A stretch of DNA of 64,000 nucleotides from Sarea resinae (lineage: Eukaryota): the NCBI GenBank assembly GCA_026026165.1, contig JAPEUD010000003.1, positions 434,001 to 498,000 on the forward strand. The letters are read 5' to 3'. Both the position numbers and the translations under genes were made by a program. Every line of letters starts with the position of its first letter. Position 1 is the first letter of the stretch. The notes beneath the pieces were generated by a model. The model was not told where the DNA came from. It ran no database searches and was given only the letters and a program-made list of their open reading frames with translations. Positions 28,601 through 41,915 of the stretch are shown in pieces.

Positions 28601-29422
28601 ATGACATCCAAAACAACTTGTACCCTTCGCTACCACGGCCACGATCCAACCTTAGTCCAAAAGTGTAAATTATGTGGTAAAATGGCGCTGCAGATGGTGA
28701 CACTGCCCTCGATCTCTACCGTCCCCTCGTCCCCTCGTAAGATGGATGGCACGGCGGCAGCCATCAGTCAGTGAGAGAAGTACGCTGTACCGAGTAAGGG
28801 ATTATCGCTACGACCTGACGCCATTTGGCCCATTGTCGATTCGATGCCTCCCGTCGCGCTTGCAGACGGCCGTAGTAGGTCCGTAGGCTGACCTGCCATT
28901 CCATCCGTGACTACCCACCAGATCCTGATTCGTGCACCAGCCATGGACCGTCCACCACCACCCGTCCAATATGAGGGAATCGTGAAGTTGGGTAGCGTCC
29001 CTTAGGTAACGGAGGCGATCGCGATGAGGCTAAACTTTGTTATCGTGATCGAGGACCGAGTGACACGGATTGCGGGGCTTGGCTCTTATTGCCTCTTGCC
29101 TTTTGCCTCTGGCCTCATTGTGCCCGATGAGTTTAAAAAAGAGGCACATCGGCACCTCCTCTCGACTTTTCTCTTCTCCCTTTCTTCTTCATTCCAAACC
29201 TGATCCATTCAACCTACATCCACCCACTTAAATCATCTTGGGCGAGCTCTTTTCGAGTCTTTCGCACACATTCACATATCACTGATATCAATCATCAGAC
29301 TGCCTCTCTACACGATATCTTGCTATCGATAACACATCAATACATCAATACTGTCTTCACTCTGATCTGCTATCTTCACCCTCATCTTGCGCACCGATCA
29401 ACAACAACAGCTACCACCAACG

Positions 29423-30604
29423 ATGCCGACTTTCACCGTCATGGATAAGAAGGCGGTGCACTTCGGAGCCGGAAACATCGGCCGCGGGTTCATCGCCTCA
29501 TTCCTGAATCGGTCGGGTTACGAGGTTGTCTTCGCCGATGTCATGGACTCGGTTATCGAGCAGCTGCAGCAGACCCCCACCTACACCATTACCGAGATCT
29601 CCACCGAGGGCGAGAGAACATCAACGGTTGGCAACTACCGAGCCATCAATTCCAAGACCCATGAGGACGACGTCGTCCGGGAGATCGAGACGGCCGATCT
29701 CGTCACCACTGCCGTTGGACCAAATGTCTTGAAATTCATCGCCCCTGTCATTGCCAAGGGCATCGATGGCCGGAAGAAAGAGACACCAGTGGTCGTGATC
29801 GCCTGCGAGAATGCCATCAAAGCTACCGACCAGCTGGCCGCCCACATCAGGGAGCCACAGAACACGCCGGAGCAGAGTTTGGCGGATCTTGAAAGGCGTG
29901 CCATCTTTGCCAATTCGGCCATCGACAGGATCGTGCCGGTCCAGGACCCTGATATGGGATTGGATGTCAAGATTGAATGCTTCTACGACTGGGTGATCGA
30001 GTCGGGGCCGTTCAAAGCCACTCAGGCCCCGCCGATCGAGGGGGTGCATTACGTCAAGCATCTGACACCGTACATTGAGCGCAAGCTCTTCACGGTCAAC
30101 ACTGGACACGCAACCGCTGCTTATTATGGCTACGCTCGTGGCAAGGAAATGATCGGCAACGTCATGGCCGACAAGGAAATTCGTGCCATTGTTCACAAGG
30201 TTCTAGACGAGACCAGCAAACTACTTGTCGACAAGCACGGATTCTCAGCCGAGGATCACGCGGCGTACGTGCACAGGATCCTCAAGCGCATCTCTAACAA
30301 GCACTTGGATGATAACGTCGTGCGTGTGGGCCGTGCGCCACTTAGAAAGCTCAGTCGGAATGAGCGCTTCATCTTTCCGGCAGCAGAGCTCTGTGAAAGG
30401 GGTGAAAAGGTGGATGCGCTGCTGGGTGCGATTGAGATGTGTCTGCGATTCAACGACGTCAAGTGCGACGAGGAGAGCGTGGAATTAGCAAAGATTCTGA
30501 AACAGAAGTCGGCCAAGGAGGCGACGCTGGAAATCACTGGTCTTGAAGAAGATCATCCGCTCTTCCCCAAGGTCGAGGCGGTTGTTGCGAAGGTCCAGGG
30601 TTAA
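29423..30604 (+). CDS. mpdA: Mannitol-1-phosphate 5-dehydrogenase
   Basis: Single exon; [58 protein letters not shown]. Confidence 0.96.
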   Translation: MPTFTVMDKKAVHFGAGNIGRGFIASFLNRSGYEVVFADVMDSVIEQLQQTPTYTITEISTEGERTSTVGNYRAINSKTHEDDVVREIETADLVTTAVGPNVLKFIAPVIAKGIDGRKKETPVVVIACENAIKATDQLAAHIREPQNTPEQSLADLERRAIFANSAIDRIVPVQDPDMGLDVKIECFYDWVIESGPFKATQAPPIEGVHYVKHLTPYIERKLFTVNTGHATAAYYGYARGKEMIGNVMADKEIRAIVHKVLDETSKLLVDKHGFSAEDHAAYVHRILKRISNKHLDDNVVRVGRAPLRKLSRNERFIFPAAELCERGEKVDALLGAIEMCLRFNDVKCDEESVELAKILKQKSAKEATLEITGLEEDHPLFPKVEAVVAKVQG

Positions 30605-31020
30605 TTGCATTTGGCATGTGTATCATGGGCGATCTTTGCGGCGCATTCGGAGCAACGAGCGTGTTTATTTTGGGGCGTTTTGAATCCCACTCTTGAGGGC
30701 TTTTACCGGCACAGGAGCTGATGGCATAGGCAGACAACAAGAGTATTTGACGACGCTAATGCCTTACGAGCTATCATTCTCACCTGTGTATGATTTAATA
30801 CCATGAGCTTTATCACGCAGCCAGTCACGAACTGGCTCAGCTAGTCAGCTAGTACGAATATGACTACGAATATGAATATGAACATGGATATGAATATGAA
30901 TATGAACATGTATTGATCAATATCTCTGCCAGACATATTGCGCACGAAGACCAGAAAGTGAGAGTGAATCGCGATGCAAGCAACTTTTGGCGGAAGACGG
31001 TGATAGATCGGAAGAGTCGG

Positions 31021-31085
31021 CCTCGGGAAATGTACGGAGCCCAATCATCGGTCCAGGATACCCCGCAATTCCGCAAAGTGCGGGG
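31021..31085. promoter_or_regulatory. Candidate cis-module: FarA-type CCTCGG, CCAAT and an inverted pair of CreA-type sites
   Basis: CCTCGG 31021-31026, CCAAT 31041-31045, CCCCGCA 31061-31067 / TGCGGGG 31079-31085, about 1 kb upstream of the enoyl-CoA hydratase gene. Short motifs, function inferred. Confidence 0.4.
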
Positions 31086-32062
31086 ACGCCCGCAACGCCA
31101 TCAATTGCCGGAGAACAGGGATAGTGTATCATTCGAACTCGTCGTTTCTGCAGGCCTCGAGAATTGTCCGACACCTCACTAGAACGTTTGGGGACCGCAT
31201 TGCATTGCATGGCATGGCATTGGATTCGCATCGGATGCCATTTTTGGAACTCTCGACTCACCTCATGACTTATTTTTACCCGTTGCCTGTTACCTAAGGT
31301 CCTGACAAACCATTCTGACCTCATTGACCTCGTTGCCTCGTTGCCTCGTTGCCTCATTGACCTCATCGACCTCATTGACCTCATTGACCTCATCCGGGAA
31401 TCATCATCAGACCGTATGGTCCACTCGGTCTAGCCCTTGTCGTCATCACTGTCTGTTTTGGCAGTCACGTAGTTGCCCCCGTCTCTGCCGACCGGGTCGG
31501 CGTTTAACCGGGTGCGTGTGCTGTCTTCTTTGAATGCAACGGACGCCCCAGACGAACGGGACACCCTTTGGGACGGACCGCCGCCGAGCCTTCCGCCCAT
31601 CGTCTCTCCTATCGTACGGCAATGAACACTTGCGTACACCTTTCTCCGATACAACTGCGCAGGCCATCATCACCACTGCCACCCCCTCAACCATCCTCAT
31701 AATCGGACGGAGCCAACCAGGACAGCTTCCGGAAGTGTCCGAGCCAGACGTCACTGCAACTTGCAGCACTTGCTCTTCTATTACTGTACTTTCATACCAT
31801 GGTCGATTGACGCCCTCTTCTCTTGATACCACCTCATCCCTTTTTATCCGGGACACCCTTTTTGGCATCCCTTCGTATGGACTAGGCCACACACCAACTA
31901 GTAGTCGTACCCAGTAGTGTCTACTGGATCCTCACCCACCTGCCTATCCAATACTTTCCCCTTTTCCCCTTTTCCTGGCTCTTCGACGTTATCAGCCCCA
32001 CAACTCACGCCAAACCCTCAAACAAACAAACAGACAAGCAAACAAACAAACACACAGGCAGC

Positions 32063-33535
32063 ATGCCCGCGTCATCGTCATCTACCACCACCAAACCCCC
32101 ACCCTACTCTACCACCCTCCCCGCCGCTCTAACCTCCGCACCCCCCTACCCCTCCTCCCAAACCGCGCTCCTCTCCTTTCCGACCCCCGAGATCCTCCTC
32201 GTAACGCTAAACCGGCCCACCGCCCTGAATGCCGTCAACATCCAGGGCCACGTGGAGCTGGACGCGGTATGGACGTGGTTTGAAGGCGAGGAAACGCTGA
32301 GGGTGGGCATTGTCACGGGGAATGGCAGGGCGTTTTGTGTCGGGATGGATCTGAAAGGTTTGTTTGCGATCTCTGTTTTGTTATCTTGTATCAGAGAATC
32401 CAAGGGAGCATACTGTGAAGGCACCAATTTACCTGTTTTGATCAGTCATCGTTCTGATCAGACGTCTAATATTTGATATACAAATCTTTTCATTTCTTTG
32501 TTGTTCGTCCCCTCTGATCATTTCAATAAAAGTATTTGCTGCTGGTTTCAAGAACGTTAGTTCTTCGGCCCAAAACGCATCTTCAATGAAGACACTTTCC
32601 CCCTTTCCATTCACGAGCATGTCCAATCTAGCAAAATATACCCCTGCTTTTCTCATATCCCCTTTCTCCTCTTCCTTCAATCCCATTCCGGATCCTCTCT
32701 TCTCCCATCCCCTTTCCATCTCTCTACCACCCCTCCCCTCCCTTTTATCTAGACACTGACCAACCCCCCCCCTCGCACAACAGAATGGCACCACCTCTCG
32801 AGCACCAGCACGCTCCCGACCCTCCCGACCCTCCCACCAAGCGGTTTCCTAGGCCTCTCCCTCCGCCGCGGCACCAAGCCCATCCTCGCCGCCATCAACG
32901 GCGCCTGCTACGGCGGCGGCCTCGAAGCGGCCCTGAACACAGACCTCCTGGTCGCGTCCGCGAGCGCCACCTTCGCCCTGCCCGAGCCGCGCGTCGGCGT
33001 CATCGCCTCGGCCGGCGTGCTCGAACGCCTCGTTTCCTCCGTCGGCAGACACCGCGCCATGCAGCTTGCGCTGACGGGCCAAAGGATCCCGGCGGCCGAG
33101 ATGCGCGATTGGGGCGTCGTCGCTGATGTCGTGTTTCCTGATCGCGAGGGCGGGGGCGGGGGCGGGGGCGGGGGTGAAGGCGAGGCCGAGGGCGGGGGCG
33201 AGCAAGACGGTCAAAGTCCCACCACCACCACCACCAACAACAGCAACAGCAAAGACAACAACGCCGTCCTGCTCCACCGCACCGTGCGCCTCGCCCGCGA
33301 GATCCTGACCGCGAGTCCCGAGGCCATCGCCGCCACCCGCCGCGGCGTCCTGGGCGGCATGCCCGGCTCGTCGGGCGGCGTTCGCTGGGCCGGCGATCCC
33401 GATCCCGGATGGCGGGGCATGGGCGGCTGGAACATGAGGGAGGGCCTGGCTGCTTTCTCCGAGAGGCGCGCGCCTGTGTGGAGGATTGGTGATGAGGGTG
33501 GGATGGGGGGTGGGGGCGGGGGTGCTAAACTTTGA
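32063..33535 (+). CDS. Enoyl-CoA hydratase/isomerase (crotonase family) with PTS1 -AKL
   Basis: LVTLNRPTALNA, RAFCVGMDLKE, KPILAAINGACYGGGLE, FALPEPRVG, REGLAAFSERRAPVW; intron 32358..32783; ends GAKL. Confidence 0.92.
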
Positions 33536-33781
33536 TTTGGCCTTGGCGTTGGGCTGTGCTTGTGTGGTTGTGGTTGTGGTTGTGATGGTTGTGTGTTGCG
33601 TGTTTGAGGAAAGGGGGGACGGGCTTTTGGGTTCATGTTTTTACGTCGAGCTGGTGGGGTTTTGGGGATGGTAGGGATGGTAGGGATGGGGGGGGTGGAG
33701 ATGGGAGATGGGAGATGAGCAAGGGAGATGGAAAATGGGAATGGCGAGTCACGCCATATAAAAACAGATGTCGTTTCACAT

Positions 33782-33819
<38 letters not shown>

Positions 33820-34597
33820 TTCTCGTCTTAGATAGTAAGACTTCGACGTATGCATGGTAGTAGCTATGAATCCTTTTTTCAAATTGATTCCCCCCCTTTT
33901 CTCTTGGGCTAGAGAGATAGATCTTTCTCGTGACTATCTACATATAAATATACATCCGTCTCTGCCTTCATTCTTCCCGCGGTCTGGATTCGGCAAGATG
34001 GGATCGCGTTGAGCGGACTAACTGGTGGCTCTCCTTCTTCTAGGTGAGCAGGGTGTTTTGCTGTTGTTGTGTGGTTTTGAAGAGAAGTCCTTCGTTTTGT
34101 GATTGAGGTGTGCCTAGTCGTGTCGCTTTGGGTGTCTTTGGTGGTCGGTTGATTGGTTGATGAGTATGGTAGTGGTAATAGTATGGATCTCCGGGATGCT
34201 AGTTGGAGTGGTGGATGAGATGGTGTCGTTTGCTTAGATTGGTAGGTTGGAAGGGAGATAGGGAGGTAGATATGGGGTTTGGCAAGCGCGCTTTGGCTTG
34301 CTCCTCTGCTGAGATAGGCCGGGTGGCCTCCACGGCTACGGAGGCGGATGTCGGACTGGCATAGGGGTGACTTGTGGGGGCACAGACGAGGCGGCTGAAA
34401 ACATGGACGCATGGCCGCGAGTCTGCTTGTCTTGCTTCCTGTGATTCCTTCCGCTCCAGACCACAGCGCTCCAGACCACAGCTCCATCTGCATCCCTTTC
34501 GTCTCTTGCTGCCCCGTTCCACGGCTGAGAGGCGCCGCAGCTGAACCTCATATCTTTCCATGAAGAGAAGCCGGCTAGACAGGTGAGACGGTGCCAT

Positions 34598-35564
34598 CTA
34601 CCACCACCTGACGCCGAACAGTTTTCCGCTGGATTTCCTGCCTTCTGCTGTCGCTTCTGCGTTTTCGAGGTATATACGCTGGTGACCTGGATGAATATTG
34701 CGTTAGTTTCGACGTCGGAGCGGGCGTTCAGTGTACTGGATAGGGGTTGGATGAGCTACCTTCGACATCTAGGGCCAGGTATTTATAGTCGAACTCGTCC
34801 TGACCAGGTCGTTTCACCATCTGGAGATTCACTACTCCTTTGTTCAAGGGGCCCTCAACCTATGTTGTATCGGATCAGCCAAACGAAACTCGTAATCGCT
34901 GTGTGGGGTCCAACGTACATTGAAATGCATGAGCAGGTTCTCCGAGCCTCCACGGTCCTTGGTTGTGGTGTGTCTAGGTCACGGTCAGCGTGGCCAAATG
35001 CAGATTCCTAGAAGCCTGCTACTCACGCTATCGGTCTGGCCATTGCCCACTTGTTGGATGTCGGCTCCCCATAAGCTATGATCTTCTTGCTGCTTCCCAG
35101 CAACTCTATGCACCTCGGGTCCCTTTTCACCCGGTCGACCGCCCGGTTGAATTGATTCGTTGAGCTCTCCGGAGAGAAGACTTCGCGGTAAAGGAATACT
35201 ATCACCGCTCCCTGGTTTTGACAGATTAGTCGACGCTGCGAAGAGCCAGCTAGGCTTTGCTCACTGTTCCCAATGCCCCAACTAGAATGGTCAGGAGATT
35301 GAAGGACTGCTGGGTCGTCCTGGCGGCCTTTTCTCGCTTTGACAGGTCGCCCCAGCGGACACGCCCATCATCACCTACGACGGTGACCTGCCGCCGTGAA
35401 GAAGCCTTACTCCCACCCAGGCTGTTGTGCGTTGCATATCTTCTGCGTGCGGGCAGAGGTCTGAGGCTCGCTGCAGGGCAATGGGGCAGACCAGTGCACG
35501 GCGCGGTGCCCAAAGGTGCGAGTTTGGCAATGGGTTGAAAGCTATTCTTGGAGAGGAGTGCCAT
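34598..35564 (-). CDS. TIM21: Mitochondrial import inner membrane translocase subunit Tim21
   Basis: Presequence-like N-terminus, VTVVGDDGRVRWGDLS..EKAAR, TM helix, AYGEPTSNKWAMARPIA, MHFNV, C-terminus KLFGVRWW; several introns. Confidence 0.88.
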
Positions 35565-35938
35565 TCTTGAAGCTCAATCCAGGTGATGCAAGAAAGCGGA
35601 AGAGTTGCTCTGATATTTACAGAAAAGCTGTCGATGGAGAGGAGCAAGTAAGTGGAGCGAGAAGACCATTTACCGCATTCGGATGGAACAAAGCAGTTTT
35701 GGCCTGTCAAGGTGGCCGTACAGGCTATCGCTCAATGGATAGTGGGCGTGAACTTGAACCCTCCAACATCAATCAGATCGCTGTCATCCCTTTCCCGTCA
35801 TTTCCCCCTCCGCATCACCGACAGTCTCGCCATCTCGCGGCCTGCGGACCACGAGTATCTGCACATCTGAAGGCTTGTGAAGCTTTCAATCTTGGTCATC
35901 TCCCATTCCTCGCGGCGCCATCGCTGCTCTCCGTCACA

Positions 35939-37763
35939 ATGAGTCTAGCATCCAAGGCGCAGTCACAGAAGATATTCGAGAAATTGAAAACCAAGCCAGC
36001 CAACAAAGTGCGTTCCCCCATGAGAGACTGCTGCATCCTTTGATCTTACTGACGACGTGCAGGTATGCTTTGACTGCGGATCCAAAAACCCGACGTGGTC
36101 GTCCGTGCCCTTCGGTATCTACATCTGTCTGGACTGCTCCGCAAATCACCGAAACTTGGGAGTGCATATCTCATTCGTTAGATCGACCAATCTCGACCGT
36201 AGGGGCTCACGAATCCGATTCATCCGAGTGATCGCTGACTTGTCGATATGTAGAATGGCAATGGGAACAGTTACGGATAATGAAGGTTGGCGGCAACGAG
36301 TCCGCGACCAAATATTTCCAGTCCCATGGAGGTTCAGCTGCGCTGGCCAGTAAGGACCCGAAGACAAAGTACACCTCAAATGCCGCAAACAAATACAAAG
36401 AAGAGCTCAAGAAACGGGCAGAAGCAGACGCCGCAGAGTAAGTCTACACCGCCCCCAGTTTTTGTGCATGGATTTACTCTGACCGCACCTCGTAGGTATC
36501 CCAATGAAGTCATCATCACGGATGTAGTATCCTCGGCAGCTCTCAATGGCTCCGATACGCCCTCCGGGGAACCAGACGATGATTTCTTCTCTTCGTGGGA
36601 CAAACCGTCGATCAAACGCCCCAGCAACCCGCCATCGCGAACTGCGACTCCTCCGGTCGTCAGCCGGACAGCATCCCCCTTCCTCAATGCCGCTTCTAAC
36701 GGGAATGGGAATGGATCGGCTCGTCCGAAGTCGCCTTTGTTTGGTGCTGAGAAGTCGGAAACGCCTGCAGCGGCTCCAACGGCCTCGCGAACAACCTCTT
36801 CAGCAGCCATCCGCAAGAGTGCGCCAAGCAGTGGTCCCCGAAGAGCAAACATTTTGGGTGGGAAGAAAACGAAACTGGGCGCAAAGAAAATCTCCGGAGC
36901 GGAAGCAATCGACTTTGAAGCGGCGGAGAAGAAAGCCAAGGAAGAGGCCGAACGTATTCAGAAGTTGGGTTACGACCCCGAAGCCGAGCGCGCCGAAATA
37001 GAGACAAAGGCAAATGCGACAGCACCCGTCGAAAAGCCGACGATTGCGAGTCCGACTCCTCTTAGCCCAGGCAGGTCTAGTTTCGGAGCGACTAGAGGGA
37101 GGGAGCGAAGCAGCAGTGAGATAGAAAGACTGGGCATGGGTATGGGCAGATTGGGCTTCGGACAAGTCGGTGGGCCCAAGCCGGCAGCCGCGCCGAAAAA
37201 GATGGGCTTTGGATCCGTGGGCACCAGCAAGCCTGCCGATGATGGTGAGAATGATTAGTATATTACTCTACTACGGCAATTGACTAATCACGGAAGCAGA
37301 CGATGGATTCACACGCTCGAAATTTGGAAATCAGAAATCCATCTCCTCGGATGAGTTCTTCGGACGTGACCAATTTGATCCTGCTGCCCAAGCCGATGCT
37401 CGCTCGCGGCTGCAAGGCTTCGAGGGTGCCACCTCCATCTCTAGCAACGCCTACTTTGGCCACCCGGAAGAAGACGAGAGTCAGACTGATGAATTCGGGA
37501 ACTACGGCGATCTTGAGGGGGCGGCCAAGGACTTCGTGCGCAAGTTCGGTGTCACGGCCAGCGATGATCTTGAGAACCTGACGCAAGCTGTCGGTGAAGG
37601 AGCGATCAAACTGCAGGGTGAGTTCTCCCAACCCACAGCGATTCCCCCGCCGTTCTACTTCTGGTTCCACAGACGAGGAAATGAGACTCTAGATAATATG
37701 TCAGATGCTGATATTCTTTTCCGCTTTCATCTAGGTGCCATACGCAATTACCTCAACAGTTGA
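35939..37763 (+). CDS. GLO3: ArfGAP Glo3/ARFGAP2-3
   Basis: [46 protein letters not shown], two Glo3 motifs ([18 protein letters not shown]). Confidence 0.95.
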
Positions 37764-38689
37764 ATGCTCCATCTTCGATTCTTCGATTCTTTCTCGCCCA
37801 TTTTAGAAAGAAATTCAGAAAGAAATCGTCGCAAATCAATCCATTCGCGTCTAGCGGGCGGGCGGGCGTCTTTTCATTCATGCTTTCCCCGCTTGCTTGC
37901 CGATCACGGGTCTCTTGTTTGCCACGAGAAATCACCTTACGATTCCTACTTTAGTACCAGCCTCAATGATGATGATGATGATGCTGCCGGGTACCTACTT
38001 GCATACGCACGTGCTTGGGGACTTTTTTTCTGTCTGGATCTGATGTCTAGGGCCGGATAAAAAACGAGGGGCATATGTTTTCCCATGTCATGTTCTCCCT
38101 CCAATAGTGCGGTTGTCTGTTTGTCTGTCCTTCTCTGTTCTGCGGTATGGGCATCCTTGCGTTGTGCTGTGCTGTGCTGTGCTGTTAGTGGAATACAAAA
38201 ATCAGTTTATGCAAATTGCATCTAGGTCGTGATCGGTCTTGTTTGTTGAATGTCTTGATGCCTTGGTGTTGAACCCGTTGATGCTATGCTACGCTATGCT
38301 ATGCCGTCTGCCCTGATGCTGATTCATTCCATCCGCACCCCGTCCTGTCCCGTCCCATCCTGTCTGTGCATCCTGTAGTCGTACACCGCCCGAATCGAGC
38401 CTTGGAATGGCCTCTTTTAGATGATGATCTTCCTACCTACTGATCCATCTATATCTGTCCCAAGCCAGATCTGTGCGTGACCATCCATCCATACATCCAC
38501 CAATCCCTCGGATATACATGAGGAAATAGGAGGGGTAGGTCGGAAATATACACTCATTCTCCTTTGTTTGCCCCAACCCACGCACTCACGTACTCTTTTG
38601 TCCCATTCAGCTAAACCTCATCAGACAAACAAAGGGTGAGAAACCTCCCACAAACACTCTCACGGATGGCAAGCTCCAAAAAGGCATTC

Positions 38690-41400
38690 TCAAGCCCGCC
38701 ACACCGCATCCGCCATCCTCACCACCTTGACCATTTCCGGAACATCGTGGACCCTAACGACCTCGGCGCCGCCAGCCACACAGGCAGCCACGGCCCCGGC
38801 AGTGCCCCAGCCGCGCTCCCGCGGTTCCCTGACGCCCGTCACCGAGCCCACGAAGCCCTTCCTGCTGACGCCGACGAGCCACGGCAGGCCCTCGAGGCCG
38901 GGCGCCGCGCGCAGCTCGGGCAGGCGGCGCAGCAGCTCGAGGTTCTGGGCGGCCGTCTTGGCGAAGCCGACGCCGGGGTCCAGCAGCAGGCGCCAGCGCG
39001 CGATGCCGGCGTCCTGGGCCGCGGCCACGCGCGCGCGCAGCTCCGACGCGATTGTCGCCAGGAGCCCGCCCGGGTACTGCGTCAGCGTCGTCATGCTGGA
39101 CGGGTCGCCGCGCATGTGGCTCAGCACGAGCGAGGCGTGCGGGTACGCGGCCACGGTGGGTAGGAGCGCTGGGTCTAGCAGGCCCGCTGAGACGTCGTTG
39201 ATGATGTGCGCGCCCGCGTCTAGGGCGGCTGCTGCGACCGAGGCCCGGTACGTGTCGATGCTTATTGCGAACTGGTGCGCGCATGGCAGGGACCGGATGA
39301 GGTGGATGGCCGGGAGGATGCGTGCGAGTTCTTCGTCCGCGCTGGGCTGTGGCGAGTGCGGCCGCGTGGAGCAGCCGCCTATGTCGAGGATCGTGGCGCC
39401 CGCGTTGACGAAGGAGGTTATTGTTTCGGTGAGCGTCGCCGTGGAGGAGGCGTGCTGGCCGCCGTCGGAGAAGGAATCGGGCGTTAGGTTGAGGATCGCC
39501 ATTATGTGTGTTTTGCGCGAGGGGGTGAGCGGGGTGAGGGGAGGCAGGGACGGTGAGAGTGGGGTTAATGTCGAGACGTGCGTTGTGGTTTGTGTTTGCG
39601 GGAGGGTCGTGAGGTGGTGAAGAAAGGAGCGGGAACCAGATGCTGGTGTGGGTATGGATTCATTGGGAATGAGTCTAAGAGTCGATCGATTGTTAGATTG
39701 GGTTCGTGTTTCTTCTTTGCTGGTTGTTATGCGGGTTAGGGTTAGGGTTGGCAGGAATCGATGACCTACTCGCAGAGAGGCCGAAGCACAAATTCTCGCT
39801 CGAGCATGAGGGCGTGTGGAATGTGCAGGCGTTTGTGTTGGACAACCTCGGCGTCGTAGAGGAGGATGTCGAGGTCGATGTTTCGTGGGCCTTTGTCGAT
39901 GATCTTTTTGCGGCCCATGGCGTTCTCGATGGCTTGCAGTTCGTCGAGGAGGTCGAGCGGGGAGAGGGATGTCTCGATCTGCATTTATGACGGTTCAGTA
40001 AAGAGAAGTATAGCATGATGTGCCTTTTGGAGAAAGATTGAAGGCTTCGAAGTGTGAAATGAGAATAAGAGCATTCGGCATACTGACCTCACAGGCTCCG
40101 TTGACGAACGGGTCTTGGTCCGTCACATACATGGCCTCCGTCTCCCATAGGCCACTAGTTCGCACCATTTTGATGCCTCTCTTTTTCATCTCTTGACAGG
40201 CCTTTTCGATCATCTGGATCCGATCCCCCATGTTGCTCCCCAGCGCAATGAAAGCACGATGCTTGCCCCTAGCCTTGACCTCGTCAATCTTTGCATAGTC
40301 TGGCCGGCCAAAGTCTGTACGTGTTCTTGTTGTCGATACTGCTGCATATTCGGCATCCGCGAATGCGTCTGGTTTTCGAAGGCGGATGGTGACTGAGTCG
40401 AGGCTGGAGCCGAGCTCATGTTCGTCTGCGACCTCGAAGGCGTGGCTTGCCAATCGCGAGGAATATGCTTCTAGAGTGTAGAAGGAGGATTTCTTCGCTA
40501 GCTGCTGAATGCTTTCACTGATGTGGGTATACAGTTGGTGATTATCGAGGGATGGAGCTAGCGGTTGGAACCCGTTCGAAGTCTCATGATTTCCGATCTT
40601 GACATTTTCTGGGGCGCCGGAGGGGGCCTCACTACTGGAAAGAGTTATATCTAGAATTATAGGCTGCTCTTTTTGACGCTCCGTCTTCAAGACTCCTACT
40701 ATTGTATTGAATTGATATCCTTCCACCGTGTAGCTGAAAGGGGCTGAGAGTGATGTTGAAGCCTGCTTGGCAATGGCCAAATCCACGGACGCTGCTTGTG
40801 ATTTGTGCACTACGATCTGTCGTGATGGTCTCGGGATGCTTGCACTGCTGCCGTTGACGGTCCCATTGGCAACCCGCGGGGATACGAAATCTGGGATGAG
40901 TGTCAAGCTGACTTTTGCCTCAGCAATGGATGGAGAGAGCGACAGAACATGGTCCGCTATATTCGTCGCCAGGCTGTGGGGAAATGATGCCTCGGCCCCA
41001 GAAAGAGACCGTAGCTGATCTACGATGCGACTGTAATTGACCGTGGTATGCGATATGTCATCCACCAGGTCAGCATAATCGGTATGCGTCCTCAGGGAGA
41101 CGCCGACGCTCTCAACGCCAGTGATTTTGCGCACTGCATCATTACTGTCTCCAGATGTCAGAACCAACCAAGGACAACATCAGATCAGCCAGAGTAACAG
41201 ACTCACACAAGAAAATTGACTATCTCAATTCTCTTCCCCGCAGGATGCGGACCGCGGGAAGAGCTGGATAGCTGACGGGACCAAGAAGGCAGCATTGAGC
41301 GAGATGTTGCACTGACACGCAGAGATCTCAGCCGACGTCCATACTGTCGGCTCCTGCAAAGCCACTGAGCAAGTTGCAGATCACACCGGAGCCCAGGCAT
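38690..41400 (-). CDS. FOL1: Folate synthesis protein: tandem DHNA (FolB) domains, HPPK, DHPS, with mitochondrial presequence
   Basis: HPPK AFIALGSNMGDR and KGPRNIDLDIL; DHPS MAILNLTPDSFSDGG, SIDTYRA, LLDPGVGF, GVSRKGF, VRVHDV; N-terminal FolB-like motifs; three introns. Confidence 0.95.
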
Positions 41401-41915
41401 CGAGGGACTATCAGAGGCGCAATTGCTGCTTTTGCGTCTTTTCTCCCTCTTCCATCTGACTCTGGCCGGCGGGCCTCATTGTGCGTTTGTGGTCTCCAGG
41501 GTCTGCCGTAGCACCCCGCCGAGGGATCTGGAAGCCCTCATCACGTGCAGAGGCTCGATACAAGTACCAGTATGCGTGCTTATCGATAACACTCGCGCCA
41601 TCCCCGCACGGGTTAGGGCGCCGACATGTTCTGAGTTCCTCTCGAGATGCCGAGGCACATTGCTGCTTACCCCATGCTCGTTGACCCCATTCTTACCCCA
41701 GAGTCTGCGGGTAATTGCCGACATGACCATTTTCTGTGCATGCGCTCCACCTTTCATAGCATCCTCTCCACCTTCTGTCTCTGCTCCGTTCCTCTCCTCC
41801 TTTTCCTTCTCCTTCTCCTTCAAGTCTTTTCTATCGTCTTTCTTCAATTTTGGACAGATACAAAATCATCTCATCTGCGGACTTCCGTTAGCTTTATCCT
41901 CAAACATCATCCACC

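Noticed and set aside
30602..30740. Read-through PTS1 in other enzymes (mpdA; also checked YPK1, FOL1, NmrA)
   Set aside because: In-frame translations after their stop codons do not end in a PTS1-like tripeptide.
38727..39620. Long antisense ORFs over GC-rich exons (also 47922..48824, 43977..44522)
   Set aside because: Shadow ORFs explained by GC-rich codon usage of the real genes on the opposite strand.
39733..39749. GGGTTAGGGTTAGGGTT telomere-like repeat in a FOL1 intron
   Set aside because: Under three units in an SSR-rich genome; no evidence for an interstitial telomere.
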